Positions 1-13,216 are shown, numbered from the stretch's first letter. The stretch: 64,000 nt of DNA from Octopus sinensis (GCF_006345805.1 NC_043006.1:78678001-78742000); one strand, 5' to 3'. Made by a program: numbers and translations. Notes: generated from the letters alone by a model not told the origin.

Positions 1-326
1 AAAGTTTAGCACCGATATTAAATTGGAAACTATTAATTAAAAGTAAATCCCCGGTGGAAAGAATACAAAACATCCTTCCTATGTTCTATTTAAAGTTAAT
101 TTTTGGTTCATAGAACTCGTACCTGCGTTTTTAGGGAAGTCCAGCACATTGCTCAACTATGATATGCACTTCAGAAGTGCACGTAGTAGCTGATAGATAG
201 AGCTGATTATTGTTAGACGGGGTTAAAATAACATGCACTTTATGCATAAATTTGTATGTGTGTGTTTAGAACAAAAGCAAAGATCACAGCAGTATTTCAA
301 AATTTCATTATCTATATAAGTTCTAA

Positions 327-725
327 GGCGGTGAGATGGCAGAATCGTTAGCACGCCGAGTGAAACGGTTAGCGGTATTTCGTCTGCCGTTACGTTCTGA
401 GTTCAAGTTCCGCCGAGGTCGACTTTGCCTTTCATTCTTTCGGTGTCGATAAATTAAGTACCAGTTACGCACTGGGGTCGATGTAATCGACTTAATCCGT
501 TTGTCTGTCCTTGTTTGTCCCCTCTGTGTTTAGCCCCTTGTGGATAGTAAAGAAATAGGTATTTCATCAGTGTTTACGTTCTGAGTGCAAATTCCGCCGA
601 GGTCAACTTTGCCTTTCATCCTTTCGAGGTCGATTAAATAAGTACCAGTTACGCACTGGGGTCGATATAATCGACTAGGCCCCTTCTCCCAAAATTTTCA
701 AGGCCATGTGCCTAGAGTAGAAATA
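327..725 (+). mobile_element. tRNA-derived SINE family B (Meta-domain-like), dimer: head + body/tail X + body/tail Y
   Basis: Head GGCGGTGAGATGGCAGAATCGTTAGC at 327. Body contains GCCTTTCATCCTTTCG(G/A)GGTCGAT..AAGTACCAG, resembling the MetaSINE central domain. Second body starts at 558 after AAAGAAATA (184-bp period). Confidence 0.85.
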
Positions 726-754
726 ATCATCTATGTATTTTGTATATAAGTTTG

Positions 755-1120
755 ACTGTGTGGTAAGAAGCTTACTTCCCAACCACATGGTTCTGCGTTC
801 AGTCCCACTGGGTGACAACTTAGGCAAGTCTCTTCTACTTTATCCTTGGACCGACCAAAGCTTTGTGAGTGGATTAGGTAAAAGGAAACTGAAAGAAACC
901 TGTCGCATATATTATATACATATATCAAAATGTGTGTCATTGTATCTGTGCTTGTCCCCCTCCACTGCTTGACAACCGGTGTTGATGGGTTTACGTCCCC
1001 GTAACTTAGTGGTTCGGAAAAAGCACCCGGTAGAATAAGTACTAGGCATAAAAAATTAAGTCTTAGGGTCGATTTACTCGACTAAAACCCTTCAAGAGTT
1101 TTAGTCATGTCCCAGCATGC
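755..1120 (+). mobile_element. tRNA-derived SINE family A (internal microsatellite), degenerate
   Basis: CTGTGTGGTAAGAAGCTT...GTTCAGTCCCACTG head, GGCAAGT core motif, tail GTCCCCGTAACTTAGTGGTTCGG...GGTCGATTT; matches other copies in the window. Confidence 0.8.
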
Positions 1121-1159
1121 CCCAGGATGTCTATAGTCAAATACCTGAAAGGAGTAAAA

Positions 1160-1840
1160 GATATAAGTTATGTGTGTGTGAATGTGTGTGTGTGTATGTA
1201 TGTATGTATTTGTGCATGTATGTATGTGTGTATGTGTGTATATATATATATGTACATATGTGTATGTGTGTATGTGCGTATGTAGGTATGTATGTATGTG
1301 TGTGTGTATGTATGTGTATATGTTGGTATGTATGTATACATACATGTATGTATGTATGTATGTATGTATGTATGTATGTATGTATGTATGTATGTATGTA
1401 TGTGTGTGTGTATGAGTATATGTATGTATGAATGTATGTAGGTATGAATATATTTATGAATGTATGTATATATCTATGTATGAATGTATATATCTATGTA
1501 TGAATGTATGTATGTATATATGCATTCATGTATGTATGAATGTATGTATGTATGTTTGGATCGATGGATGGATGGATGTATGCATGTATGTATATATGAA
1601 TATATGTATGTACGAATGTATGTATGTATAAATATATATGTATGTGCGAATGTATGTATGTATGTATGTATGTATGCTTCCATGTATGTATGTATGTATG
1701 TATGTATGTATGTATGTATGTATATATGTATGTATGTATGTATGCATCCATGTATGTATGTATGTATGTATGTATGTATGTATGTATGTATGTATGTGTG
1801 TATGTATGTATGTATGTATGTATGTATGTATGTATGTATA
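1160..1840. repeat. Compound (TG)n/(TATG)n microsatellite
   Basis: Directly visible; source of the VCMY/HTYI pseudo-ORFs. Confidence 0.95.
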
Positions 1841-1875
1841 AGTGTGAGCGAGATAAACACTTCCTTAGATTTTAC

Positions 1876-2004
1876 CTTCATGAAATAGCGCATGGCTTGC
1901 AATCTATCGAGCATATCTTTTTGAGTGACCACTTCTGCAACAACCATATTCCTCATTTGTTCTGAGAACGTCATCCATATTACCAAACTGTTATTTGCAT
2001 ACAT
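1876..2004 (-). CDS. Internal exon of a RasGEF-domain gene (MYANNSLVIWMTFSEQMRNMVVAEVVTQKDMLDRLQAMRYFMK)
   Basis: Acceptor ttctcttttatgtgtag, donor AAG|gtaaaa, 129 nt, phase 0-0. Peptide resembles the CDC25 pattern FN..s.wVa.eIl......Ra..i..fIk. Confidence 0.8.
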
Positions 2005-2060
2005 CTACACATAAAAGAGAAATGCAAAGCATCACGGTGATGGCCGGCACCAGAGAGAGT

Positions 2061-2130
<70 letters not shown>

Positions 2131-2159
2131 TACGCTTCAGCTAAGTCTTTTCGTAATTT

Positions 2160-2345
2160 CACATATTGCTGAAATAATTAGATTCATGGAACGTCTGGTT
2201 ATACGCTTTTAATATTTTGTTATCTATGAGATGTGTATCATTTCTTCAAAACTAGTCAAATTGTATGCTGATTGAATATTTAAGTTACCTAATCGATGGG
2301 CAAAGGTCATTAATAATAATGGAAATTACTTCATTGAATAACATT
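2160..2345 (+). mobile_element. Mariner transposase C-terminal relic
   Basis: Translates ...KLPNRWAKVINNNGNYFIE*, a typical mariner C-terminus. Confidence 0.7.
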
Positions 2346-2409
2346 TATTGAAAGGTCAATTATTTATATCTCTTTTTGCATATTAAAAAAGGCTCAGAAC
2401 ATTCCGGAC

Positions 2410-2468
<59 letters not shown>

Positions 2469-2584
2469 CGCCGCATATATATACATGCATACATATATGC
2501 ATGCATACATACATACATACATACATACATACATGCATACAACATACATGCATACATACATGCATACATACATACATACATACA

Positions 2585-2616
<32 letters not shown>

Positions 2617-2871
2617 GATGTGTATGTATGAATTACTATTGCCCTTCAATCCACTGAATAAAGTCAACCGTAATGTTCGAACCTTTCGTTTGATTTTGTA
2701 ATACTTTCATTTCATGATTGACAAACTTATCAGATTCTACTCTTCAAAGAAAGGAGAGTATTGAATATTTCTAGGGTCTTTGTGCCACAAAATACATAAA
2801 CACATGCGTTTCTATGTCTATGTTTCAATTTGTCCATCTATCAGTATGTCTTTCTTTTTCTTTTCTTTTTT

Positions 2872-3266
2872 ATTTTTACTTGTTTCAGTCATTTGACTGC
2901 GGCCATGCTGGAGCACCGCCTTTAGTCGACCAAATCGACCCCGGAACTTATTCTTTGTAAGCCCAGTACTTATTCGTCGGTCTCTTTTGCCGAACCACTA
3001 AGTGACGGGGACGTAAACACACCAGCATCGGTTGTCAAGCAATGCTAGGGGTACAAACAGACACACAAACACACACACACATACATATATATACATATAT
3101 ACGACAGGCTTCTTTCAGTTTCCGTCTACCAAATCCACTCACAAGGCATTGGTCGGCCCGGGGCTATAGCAGAAGACACTTGCCCAAGATGCCACGCAGT
3201 GGGACTGAACCCGGAACCATGTGGTTGGTTAGCAAGCTACTTACCACACAGCCACTTCTGCGCCTA
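2872..3266 (-). mobile_element. SINE family A, near full length
   Basis: Reverse complement starts ATAGGCGCAGAAGTGGCTGTGTGGTAAG, has an internal TA/CA tract, and ends ...CAAATGACTGAAACAAGTAAAA. Confidence 0.9.
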
Positions 3267-3446
3267 TATGTATGTATTTATATTCATACACACGAGCATC
3301 TATACATGAAATTGTTAATATTTTCGTGTCAGATATTTAAGTGAATGTTATCGCCATTTTGTGACTTAATCTCTACAATTTCTATTCATATAATACCGGA
3401 CAAGTTTTGCAGTTAGTATAGCGATGCAAAAACCGCTGAATCTTAC

Positions 3447-3579
3447 CTCTGAAATACATTGTGAGTTTATACTTTGTATATCATCTATCCTTACTTTCAA
3501 CAGAAGTATCTTATTTATGTAAGTCAATTCACATGCTAAATGTTCTGCCTCGATATTTGATAATCGCTTTGTCATTACC
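3447..3579 (-). CDS. Internal exon of a RasGEF-domain gene (VMTKRLSNIEAEHLACELTYINKILLLKVRIDDIQSINSQCISE)
   Basis: Acceptor tatttcatttctag, donor GAG|gtaaga, phase 2 to 0. AEHLACELT resembles the RasGEF first helix (eelAeqLT..d..lf..I.p.El). Confidence 0.8.
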
Positions 3580-3892
3580 CTAGAAATGAAATAATAGATA
3601 CAATAACCATGCAATACGCCAAAGAGCTTATTAATAAAACAGTTGCGGGCGCAATTTATCGCGTTGAGAAGGGAGATAACTCTTTCTTAAATAACAAAAT
3701 AACATTAATAAATCAGTTAGAAAATTACTGAGAAATACCTTTAAACAAAGTAACAACACGTATTTTTTGTTTTGTTTTATTTTTTTCTATTACGCAAATC
3801 TCTGACAGTAATGCACCCGTGATATGCTTCCTCATTTCTGGCATTATAAAATGATATTAGGTGTAATTAAATATGAAATCATAGTTATTCAC

Positions 3893-4058
3893 ATAGGTGC
3901 AGGCGTGGCTCTGTGGTAAGAAGCTTGCTCCCCAACCACATGGGTCCGGGTTCAGTCCCACTGCGTGGCATCTTGGGCAAGTGTCTTCTGCTATAGCCCC
4001 GGGCCGACCAAAGCCTTGTGAGTAGATTTGGTAGACGGAAACTGAAAGAAGCCTGTCG

Positions 4059-4090
<32 letters not shown>

Positions 4091-4228
4091 TTAACCATCC
4101 TCTCACACCGTCTCCGATGAAGGGATATAATTAACAAATATCCTGGAAACAGCTGTAAGACCTTCTATCTATAAATGTTCTAATATCAACACCCACCTTG
4201 GTTTTTTATCTCATTACGCAAAAAATTG

Positions 4229-4265
<37 letters not shown>

Positions 4266-4490
4266 TGTATGTATGTTTATATATGAATGTATGTATATAT
4301 ATATATATGAATGTATGTATGTATTGGTGTGTGTGTGTTTGCCCAACCCCCACCACCATCGCTTGATAACCAATGTTGGTTTATTTACGTCCCTGGCTCG
4401 GCAAAATATTTGATTTGATTTGTTCGACTAAAGGCGGTGCTCCAGCATTGTCGCAGTCAAATGACTGAAACAAATAAAAGAATAAGAGAG
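3893..4490 (+). mobile_element. SINE family A interrupted by a hammerhead-bearing fragment and TA repeats
   Basis: Head at ~3893-4060 and tail at ~4330-4490, with unrelated sequence between. Confidence 0.75.
4110..4161 (+). ncRNA. Degenerate type I hammerhead-like motif
   Basis: GTCT-CCGATGA-AGGGATAT..ATATCCTG-GAAA-CAGCTG-TA-AGAC: stem I GTCT/AGAC, palindromic stem III, core U4>C. Confidence 0.6.
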
Positions 4491-4649
4491 AGGGTCACAC
4501 TGGCATTCATCATATCCTTCTTTGTTCATGCTATAATCGGCAAATATCGTACAGGAACTATTAAACTACAGCTTTGAACATGCCATGTATTTTTGATATT
4601 TTGCTGAATCTTATTAATTTGCTTTACGTTGCCATTCTCTAACTTCTCC

Positions 4650-4975
4650 TCCTACCAATCCAGACATTCTGTCGTTTACGACGACGAGTGTTTCAGCTGA
4701 TCTGATCTGATCAATGGAACAGCCTTCTCGTGAAATTAACGTACACGTGGCTGAGCCTCTCCACACATACGCGTACCTTTAACATAGTTCTCAGGGAAAT
4801 TCAGCATGACACAGAATGTTACACGGTTGGCCCTTTTTGAATTACAGGTACAACTCGCTTTTGCCAGGTGAGTGGACTGGAGTAAACGGAAATAGAATGT
4901 CTTGCTCAAGGACACAACACACCGACAGGAATCGAACTCACAATCGCAAGATCGTGAACCGAATACCCAACCACT
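4650..4975 (-). mobile_element. SINE family C (tRNA-like head), degenerate
   Basis: Shares ACGACGA..AGCTGATC..GGAACAGC..CTCGTGAAATTAACGT tail with copies at 20221 and 55836. Confidence 0.75.
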
Positions 4976-5024
4976 CATTCCACTACCTTATAAATATGAA
5001 TCTTTAATTACTCTTTTACTCCTT

Positions 5025-5526
<502 letters not shown>

Positions 5527-6551
5527 AGTTTATAGAAAAGCTAACATGTATTTCGGAAACTCGAACGCAAGAAGCTTTTGACAAGTCGAGGCTATGACCA
5601 CGTAGCTCAGTTGCGATACACAGTTGAAATAACTTCGATTTCCTTTTTGTAACAAATGCCCTTGGAGAAACAATGTCTATCACAGCCACTACCATGTTGA
5701 GACATAAGCTAAATAATCTCCAGCTTATGACTTAGAAAATGGAACGGTGGTTTAAAAAATTCAAAGGCATAAACGTTTCTAATATCTGTTAGATCATTTA
5801 GTGTAATTTTCTTATAAGAGACCTCCAGCTATTTTATAGCTTAGGGATTCACTAAATTTAAATCTTGGTCACGAATTATAAATCTGATCACAATAAATCA
5901 AAATGGAGTCAAAATAATCTTATATCTGGGCGGTCTCATTGCACGACAGATAAGGTGTCATTGCATAACAGATAAGCTGTCGGTAAATAAGCACAATATA
6001 CACTGATTCAGTTCTTAATTAGTGGATAAAATTTCACCTCACTTGCATTATTTCCCTGACAAAACTATAATATATATACCTACATCATGATTTAACCATT
6101 ACAAAATATTATATAATCCCTACGAAGCCTAATGAATAGAAACAATACGATCAGTCGCAACTCAGGCTACAAATTTTACACCAGAAGGCCTAGTCAAAAG
6201 AAACTAATAGAATAATAAATAACAAAAGTTTTAAAAACGAAGAAAAAATAGAAGAAAATTACCGCGGTCTTTTAGTGCTAAGTAATTTGGTAGGTAATTT
6301 CAATGAATATATTGACATTCTTTCAGCAAGGTCCACTTTGTTTCTTTTTTCTGAAATATAATAAATTCTTTTGTTAAACTTGGGACTTGTAACCACTACA
6401 ATATGTAACGGCGGGAAGTCAACATGTTGTCCTGAGACTGACCTAAGAATTTTTATTTTTAGATATAATTGAGTTACTTAGATGTACCTGTGTTATTCGC
6501 TTCGGCTGTTTCCATAAGTATGTGAGTAGCTTAGTTATATTATCTCGTAAG

Positions 6552-6610
6552 CTCAACTGATGAAGAACAAACCCTTATGTGGTTAATTCCGAAATTGATT
6601 CAATATTGAG
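6552..6610 (+). ncRNA. Type I hammerhead ribozyme motif
   Basis: CTCAA-CTGATGA-AGAA..AACC..GGTT..TTCC-GAAA-TTGATTCAA-TA-TTGAG: 5-bp stem I, intact core, stem III ATTG/CAAT, AUA cleavage triplet. Confidence 0.7.
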
Positions 6611-6939
6611 ATAATGAAATTTAAACGTTCCAATGGTTAGTTGCCCGAATTTCAGTTCAATTTTCTGTAGCAAGTGGATTAAATGTGGAATATCAGTATG
6701 TTGGCTTTCGAATAATCTTCTTTAGCCCTTGCTTATAAGATATTTATAATTTTTAACCGTAAAGGTTCTTTTAATATACTGCCACACTTCCTGATGGAAT
6801 TCTTTTCTGTAGAGAAAAGAACTTCATCTTTTTTAATAGTACATATATATATATATATATATATATCACGTGACCGACCAGGCTATCAGATGTTGCTAGA
6901 CATCGCTGATCACAATGCGCTTCGCATTCCATTAGCCTT

Positions 6940-7129
6940 CAAACGACGCCACCCCGCTAGCAGAAGAGTGAGAGAAAATTGCGGCGAAAGAGTACAACGG
7001 GGATCGCCACCACCCACTGCCGGAGAATCGTGGAGCCTTAGGTGATTTCGCTCAATAAACACTCACAACGCCCGGTCTGGGAATCGAAACCGCGAGTCCG
7101 CTGCCCTAACCACTGGACCATTGTGCCTC

Positions 7130-7130
<1 letters not shown>
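6940..7130 (-). mobile_element. SINE family C 5' part
   Basis: Reverse complement GGAGGCACAATGGTCCAGTGGTTAGGGCAGCGGACTCGCGGTTTCGATTCC tRNA-like head. Confidence 0.75.
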
Positions 7131-7990
<860 letters not shown>

Positions 7991-8244
7991 CATATACTTA
8001 TGCATGTAAACATACAACGAAAATGTGTTGCCGATATTTACGGTACGTAGAGAAACAAAATATGCGTAATTTCATCTGCAAGTATGGGAGACAACTCTGT
8101 TTCGCTTTTGAAGGCCAGAATGGGGTAAGGGAAATAAGTACAAATTAAAATAGACCGTCGCCAATGAGCAGAATATTAAAAAAACTTATGTTAGTAAGTT
8201 TGTTTAGTTAATGCTCTTTTAATACTCTCTTGAGTGCTTTCCAG

Positions 8245-8470
8245 CCACTTGTGGGTAGTAAAGAAATAGGTATTTCGCCCGCCGTTACGTTCTAAGATCA
8301 AATTCCGCCGAGGTCGACTTTGCTTTTTATCCTTTTGCGGTCGATTAAAAGTACCAGTTACGCACTGGGGTCGATGTAATTGACATAATCCCTTTGTCCT
8401 TGGCTGTCCCTTCTATGTTTAGCCCCTTGTAGGCAATAAAGAAATAATAAGACACTGCCTATTCCCAGTG
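8245..8470 (+). mobile_element. SINE family B, tail-body unit
   Basis: GTGGGTAGTAAAGAAATA|GGTATTTCG junction at 8269, then a body and tail X. Confidence 0.8.
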
Positions 8471-8679
8471 TGATTGGTCTAGCCCAGGAGTCCTCAACGA
8501 CTCTTTTATCTATGGACCCCTTATTGCTTACAAGATTTTGTTAATATCTTGTAAAGAAGAAGATGGTACCTAACAAAGGTACAAGAAAGCCCCAGCTTTT
8601 CCAGTTTACCCTCAAAACCAAATGCATTAATTATTATTGTTTTAAATGTGAATTTATTATCTTAGTTTAGATTTTCACC

Positions 8680-9028
8680 CTAGGTTCTCAACCAGTTTTT
8701 ATCTATGGACCCCTTTGATTATTATTTTATTCTGGTGGGCCCCCATAGACATTCGATGTTCAAAGACTAAGTTTATAGAAACTTCTTTCAAAATTCCTAT
8801 TATGTTTTTCACATATTAACTTGTGTAGGTCGAACAATGTAAAATGTTAGAAAAGAAACCTAGTTGTTTCTTGCAATAAATACCAATACATGCATCGATC
8901 CCAAAATATTTTCAGGGGCCTTTAAAATATTATTGTTGATACCCAAGTTACTATTTTGTTGCATGAACCCCCAATAATCTTACATGGACCCTCTGGAGCC
9001 ATGTGGGCCCCCGTTTTGACAATACCGC
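8680..9028. mobile_element. hAT/Charlie-like MITE, degenerate
   Basis: Starts TAGGTTCTCAACC; internal sequence similar to 61847-62192. Confidence 0.55.
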
Positions 9029-9919
9029 CAAATTCGAATTATTGAACCTTTAATTTACACATCAACAGTGAGGAATTATCCGGGGTTTTTTTGTGTGTGT
9101 GTGTCTGTGTGATTATCTTATAATTGTTTCAGTCATTGAACTGGGTTCATGCTGGGACATTGCGTTGAGGGGTTTTAGCCGAACAAACTAACCCTAGGTT
9201 TTATTTTTTAAGTTTGGTACTTGATCTATTGGTATTTTCTTTTACTTTTTTTTTGCCGAACCACTACGTTATAGGGACTTAAACAAACCAATACCGTTAG
9301 TCAAGTGGTGGAAGGGGAACCAACACGGACATAAAGCCACACTCATATATATACATACATGGATACATACCTACATACATGCATACACATACACATATGA
9401 ATACATAAGCATGGTGGGATTTATTAACTTGAGTAACAAGAGAACCAGCATATAGAAGAAAAGGGCTTTAAGCAATGAATACTTACCAAATTTCCTTACG
9501 TAGTTTAAAACGTCAACAGAATTTGATCTGTTCCTATAAGGCGAAAATCTAGGGTAAAATGAAAAAAAGGAGATGAAGATAGATATTTAAATTATTAAAT
9601 GAATAATATTACTTTGATCGATACAGCGTAAACAGTTACTTAGACATGGTGGTGTAGTTAAGACGCTCACTTCGAAAAAGAAGCCTTGTTTGTTTTTATG
9701 ATTGTAGCAGCCCGACAAATAGAGAGAGGTGAATTAAGTATTAGACTGAAATAAATACTAACACTTAAATATGGTGCCCCAGCATGGCCGTAGTCCAATG
9801 AGTGAAACCAGTAAATGAGTAGAAGAAACATGAAATAGGATCGATTTTTTTAAAAAATATAATCAAACCCACTACAAATTTGTTTTCGTACAAATTTAAG
9901 GTGCTTATCAATAATGATT

Positions 9920-10335
9920 TCAAAATTTGGCACAAGGCCAGCAATTTTTGTGTGGAGTTAAGTCGATTACATCGACCCAGTACTCAACTGGCACTTACTT
10001 TATCGACCCTGAAAGGATGAACGCCAAGTCGACCTCGGTGGAATTTGGGCTCAGAACATAAGGACGGACGAAATGCCGCTTAGCGTTTTGACCGGCGTGC
10101 TAACGATTCTACTAACTCAATGCCTTAAGATACATCTTAATAAAGGCTTCAAGTATTGGCACAAAGCCAGTAATTTCAGAATAAGTAGGAGTTGAGCATC
10201 GATTCAAGTGTTTAACTCCTACTTCGACCCCGAAAAGACAAAAGGTAAATTCGACCTCGGCAGAATTTGAACTCAGAACTGCTGCTAAGCATTTTGCCCG
10301 GTGTGCTAACGATTCTGACAGCTCTCCGCCTCAAG
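9920..10335 (-). mobile_element. Two degenerate SINE family B copies
   Basis: GACCTCGG..GAATTTG..CTCAGAAC and TCGACCC.GAAAG motifs repeated. Confidence 0.7.
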
Positions 10336-10439
10336 GGAAACGTATTAATAATGCCAGAAGTTCTGTATATTTCGAGATCTGATTTCAAGTCTTATTTGCA
10401 GCAGCGGTCATCCTATCTAAATTTCTTAAAAAGAGATCT

Positions 10440-11060
10440 CATGGAAGAAGATGGAGATGGAGGAGGAGGAGGAGGGGGAGGAGGGGAGGGGGAGGAGGAG
10501 GAGGAGGAGGAGGAGGAGGAGGAGAAAAAGAAGGAGGAGGAGAGAAGAAGAAGAAGAAGAAAGAAGAAGAAAGAGAGGGAGGGGAGGGGGGGAGGGAGGG
10601 GGCGGAGGTGGCGGAGAGGGGAGGATGGGGCGGAGAGGGGGGAGGAGGGATGGGAGGGAGGAGAAGAAGAAGAAGAAGAAGAAGAGAGGAGGGGAGGATG
10701 AGGAGAGGATGAGGGGGCTGAGGGGGCTGAGAGGGCGATGGGGAGGAGGGGGAGGGGCTGAGAGGGGAGGAGGGGATGGAGGGAGCTGGGAGGATGAGGA
10801 GTATGAGGAGGAGAGAGGAGGCGAGCAGGAGGGTGGGGTGGAGGGATGGGAGGGAGAAGAAGAAGAACAACAACATCAACAACACCACAAGAACAAGAAG
10901 AACAAGAACAAGAAGAAGAAGGATAACAACAACAACTACAACAACAGCAATTGGTTTCCAGTGTGCTGAATGCCTTTGGTCACTGACCTTTTTGTGCAGG
11001 TTTAACACGGAACTAAACAACAAGGACCGCAACAAAAACGGCATCAACAAGGACAATGGA
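10440..11060 (+). repeat. Long GGA/GAA polypurine low-complexity tract followed by (CAA)/(GAACAA)
   Basis: Directly visible; includes several G4-G7 runs. Confidence 0.9.
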
Positions 11061-11095
11061 CAAGTTATAAAGTGAGAATAAAACCAGCGACTTAC

Positions 11096-11154
11096 TGATT
11101 TGTTTCTTTGGTATAATATTTGTAATCTCGAATTTTCTCTTGAGAAAACCATAG
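11096..11154 (-). CDS. Short internal exon of the RasGEF gene (LWFSQEKIRDYKYYTKETN-Q)
   Basis: Acceptor tttacttgtatag, donor CA|gtaagt, 59 nt. Phase 0 to 2 exactly bridges the exon ending at 14074 and the exon starting at 3579, with no stops. Confidence 0.8.
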
Positions 11155-11466
11155 CTATACAAGTAAATTTATATATATATATACAATTATACACACATAC
11201 ATACATACAAATGTGTGTGTGTATACACACACACACACACACACACACATACTAGCAGACATACCCGGCGTTGCCCGGGTTAAAGAGAATAATGAAATTT
11301 ATAAACCACGTCCAGATTACGCAGGCCTCAACTGCTAGTAGCTGAGATACCAACTTTCTACATTAATAACCCTCCAACCCGTGCCAGTATGGAACATAGA
11401 CGTTAAGTGAAATGTTAAAAGAAAGTTTTCAACTCATATATATTTGTATGTACATACATATGTGTA

Positions 11467-11525
<59 letters not shown>

Positions 11526-11674
11526 ATATATATTCCAGCTTGAGTAAAAAGTTTTCCGGATTTTCACTGTTGATTTTTACAACTTGCATAATCATATTAT
11601 ATCGTTAATTTGACACACCCTTTTGTCTAATCGTTGCTGAGTTGTTTGTTTTTTTTATTTTAAACTAGCAGTAT

Positions 11675-12060
11675 CGCCCGGCGTTGCTCGGGTTTGTAAG
11701 GGAAATAACTATATAAGCATTTTTAGAGTTATAGCCAAAAAATAGCAAAAAAATGCATTAAAAATGGAAAAAAAGTGATGGTAATTTTTTTTTAAATCGT
11801 TGATTCATCGTAGACATTTTTAGAGAGTTACTTCCCTTATATAATAGCGAAAAAAATGCATTAAAATGGAAAAAAATTATGGTAAATTTTTTTTAAATCG
11901 TAGACTCATCGTAGACGCGCGCTAATACCCAGAAGGGCTCGATATGAATCACGACTATAAGATACCCGGTTTTGGTTAAACGGCACCGCAAAATGTGGGA
12001 GTAGTTAGGAATCTAAATCGTAGGAGACAGACACACAACCTTACTTTTATATATAAAGAT
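11675..12060 (+). mobile_element. Non-autonomous Helitron/Helentron-like (HINE/DINE-1-type) element
   Basis: 5' ACTAGCAGTATCGCCCGGCGTTGCTCGGG hairpin; 3' ACAGACACAC..TTTTATATATAAAGAT. Similar 5' ends at ~11250, ~13282, ~41459. Confidence 0.55.
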
Positions 12061-13170
12061 AATTGATAATGAGTGGTGAAAAATTGCAATTAGAGCCAAT
12101 TTTACGCTGTCTGTGAGGAAAAAGACTGAGTGTAAAGATAGCTGCAAAAGAAGTTAATGGTGTGTATGGCCCGGGAACTGTCAAGGAGCGTGTAACACAA
12201 AACTAGTTCTGACGTTTCAAGAAATGTCAGTCTGAATCACGATCAAGAAGAATTTCTGTTGCGTAAGATGAGCCTTATTTGACACGGCTGAACAACAGCC
12301 TAGCACAAGCACTCGCACATTGTCGTCAGAACTTGGTCATTCACAAAGCACGATCAATCAACGCTTCCATAAGATGGGCCTTTTGAACAAAGAACAGGCT
12401 CAACAACCAGACTCAACGACGTGTTCAACGTTTGAACAATGACTAGACTCAATGACCAGACTCAGTGACCAGACTCAACGACGTGTGACCATTTGCAAAC
12501 AACAGCTAGCAAATCCTCGATTTGCTCGGTTTGGCATCGAATTGTAACTGGCATATGAAAGATGGATCTTTCTTTGTGATTCTAATAAAAGAAATCAATG
12601 GTTTCATTGCAACCAGGCTTCAGATTCTATTGTCAAACGAAGGTAGCTTGAACCGAAGGTTATGTTTGGTGGAATTTTGAGGTGTTGCCCTTTGAGCTTG
12701 TCCCAGATGGCCACGCTAACCTATATACTCAACTACTGCAGCGCTACACCGCACGGGTCAATCGAATACATGCACTGTACAGTATGACACTATTCCAACA
12801 CACACTACTACCAGTGGGACTCAATGGGACATAGTGCATCAAGTGCAAACTTGAGGAACATGAGGGGCAGAAAGAACTGCTTCGTCTTGCCAACAGTCCA
12901 AACTTTGCACCATCAGATTACCGCCTTTTCCGAGTTATGGCTCATTTCATGCACGGACTGAGATTTGAGAGTGTGGACGAGGTTGATAAACGGGTGTAGG
13001 AATTGTTTTGCCTCTAATCCAGCAAAGTTGTATAAACGTGAAATGAGTATTTAGCAAAACGATGACAACAGATAATAGAATCTGAGGAGTCGTATTTTGA
13101 CGAAGGAACGCTTTACGTGTGTATTTTGTTTGAGCTATTAAAACTTGAAATGCGAATAGGTCTTTTGCCT
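12061..13170 (+). pseudogene. Decayed mariner transposase
   Basis: Remnants of the N-terminal HTH region, IVTG.EKW-like, APSDY.LF (GCACCATCAGATTACCGCCTTTTC) and RWQQIIESEESYFDE-like C-terminus, with many stops. Confidence 0.75.
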
Positions 13171-13216
13171 TTAATTGGTATGTATGTATGTATGTATGTA
13201 TGTATGTATGTATGTA

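Noticed and set aside
118-160. Possible next RasGEF exon ending at CAG|gtacga
   Set aside because: Weak acceptor and the peptide (LSNVLDFPKNA) has no RasGEF resemblance; the next exon is probably outside the window.
1082-2667. Many ORFs rich in VCMY/HTYI/YI repeats
   Set aside because: Translations of (TATG)n, (TA)n and (CA)n microsatellites. Only the first 43 codons of ORF 1474-2004 are a real exon. The same applies to similar ORFs at 7038-8017, 21155-21483 and 28952-29517.
5574-5610. TTGACAA-GTC..GAC-CACGT motif
   Set aside because: GAAA is missing; at most a dead remnant.
10267-11248. Long E/G/R-rich and P/S/L-rich ORFs (144-269 aa)
   Set aside because: Products of the polypurine tract; the real exon nearby (11096-11154) is in a different frame.
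13080-13110. CTGAGGA-GTC..GAC-GAAG hammerhead-like string
   Set aside because: Lies in the mariner C-terminal coding remnant; lacks GAAA, stem III and stem I.
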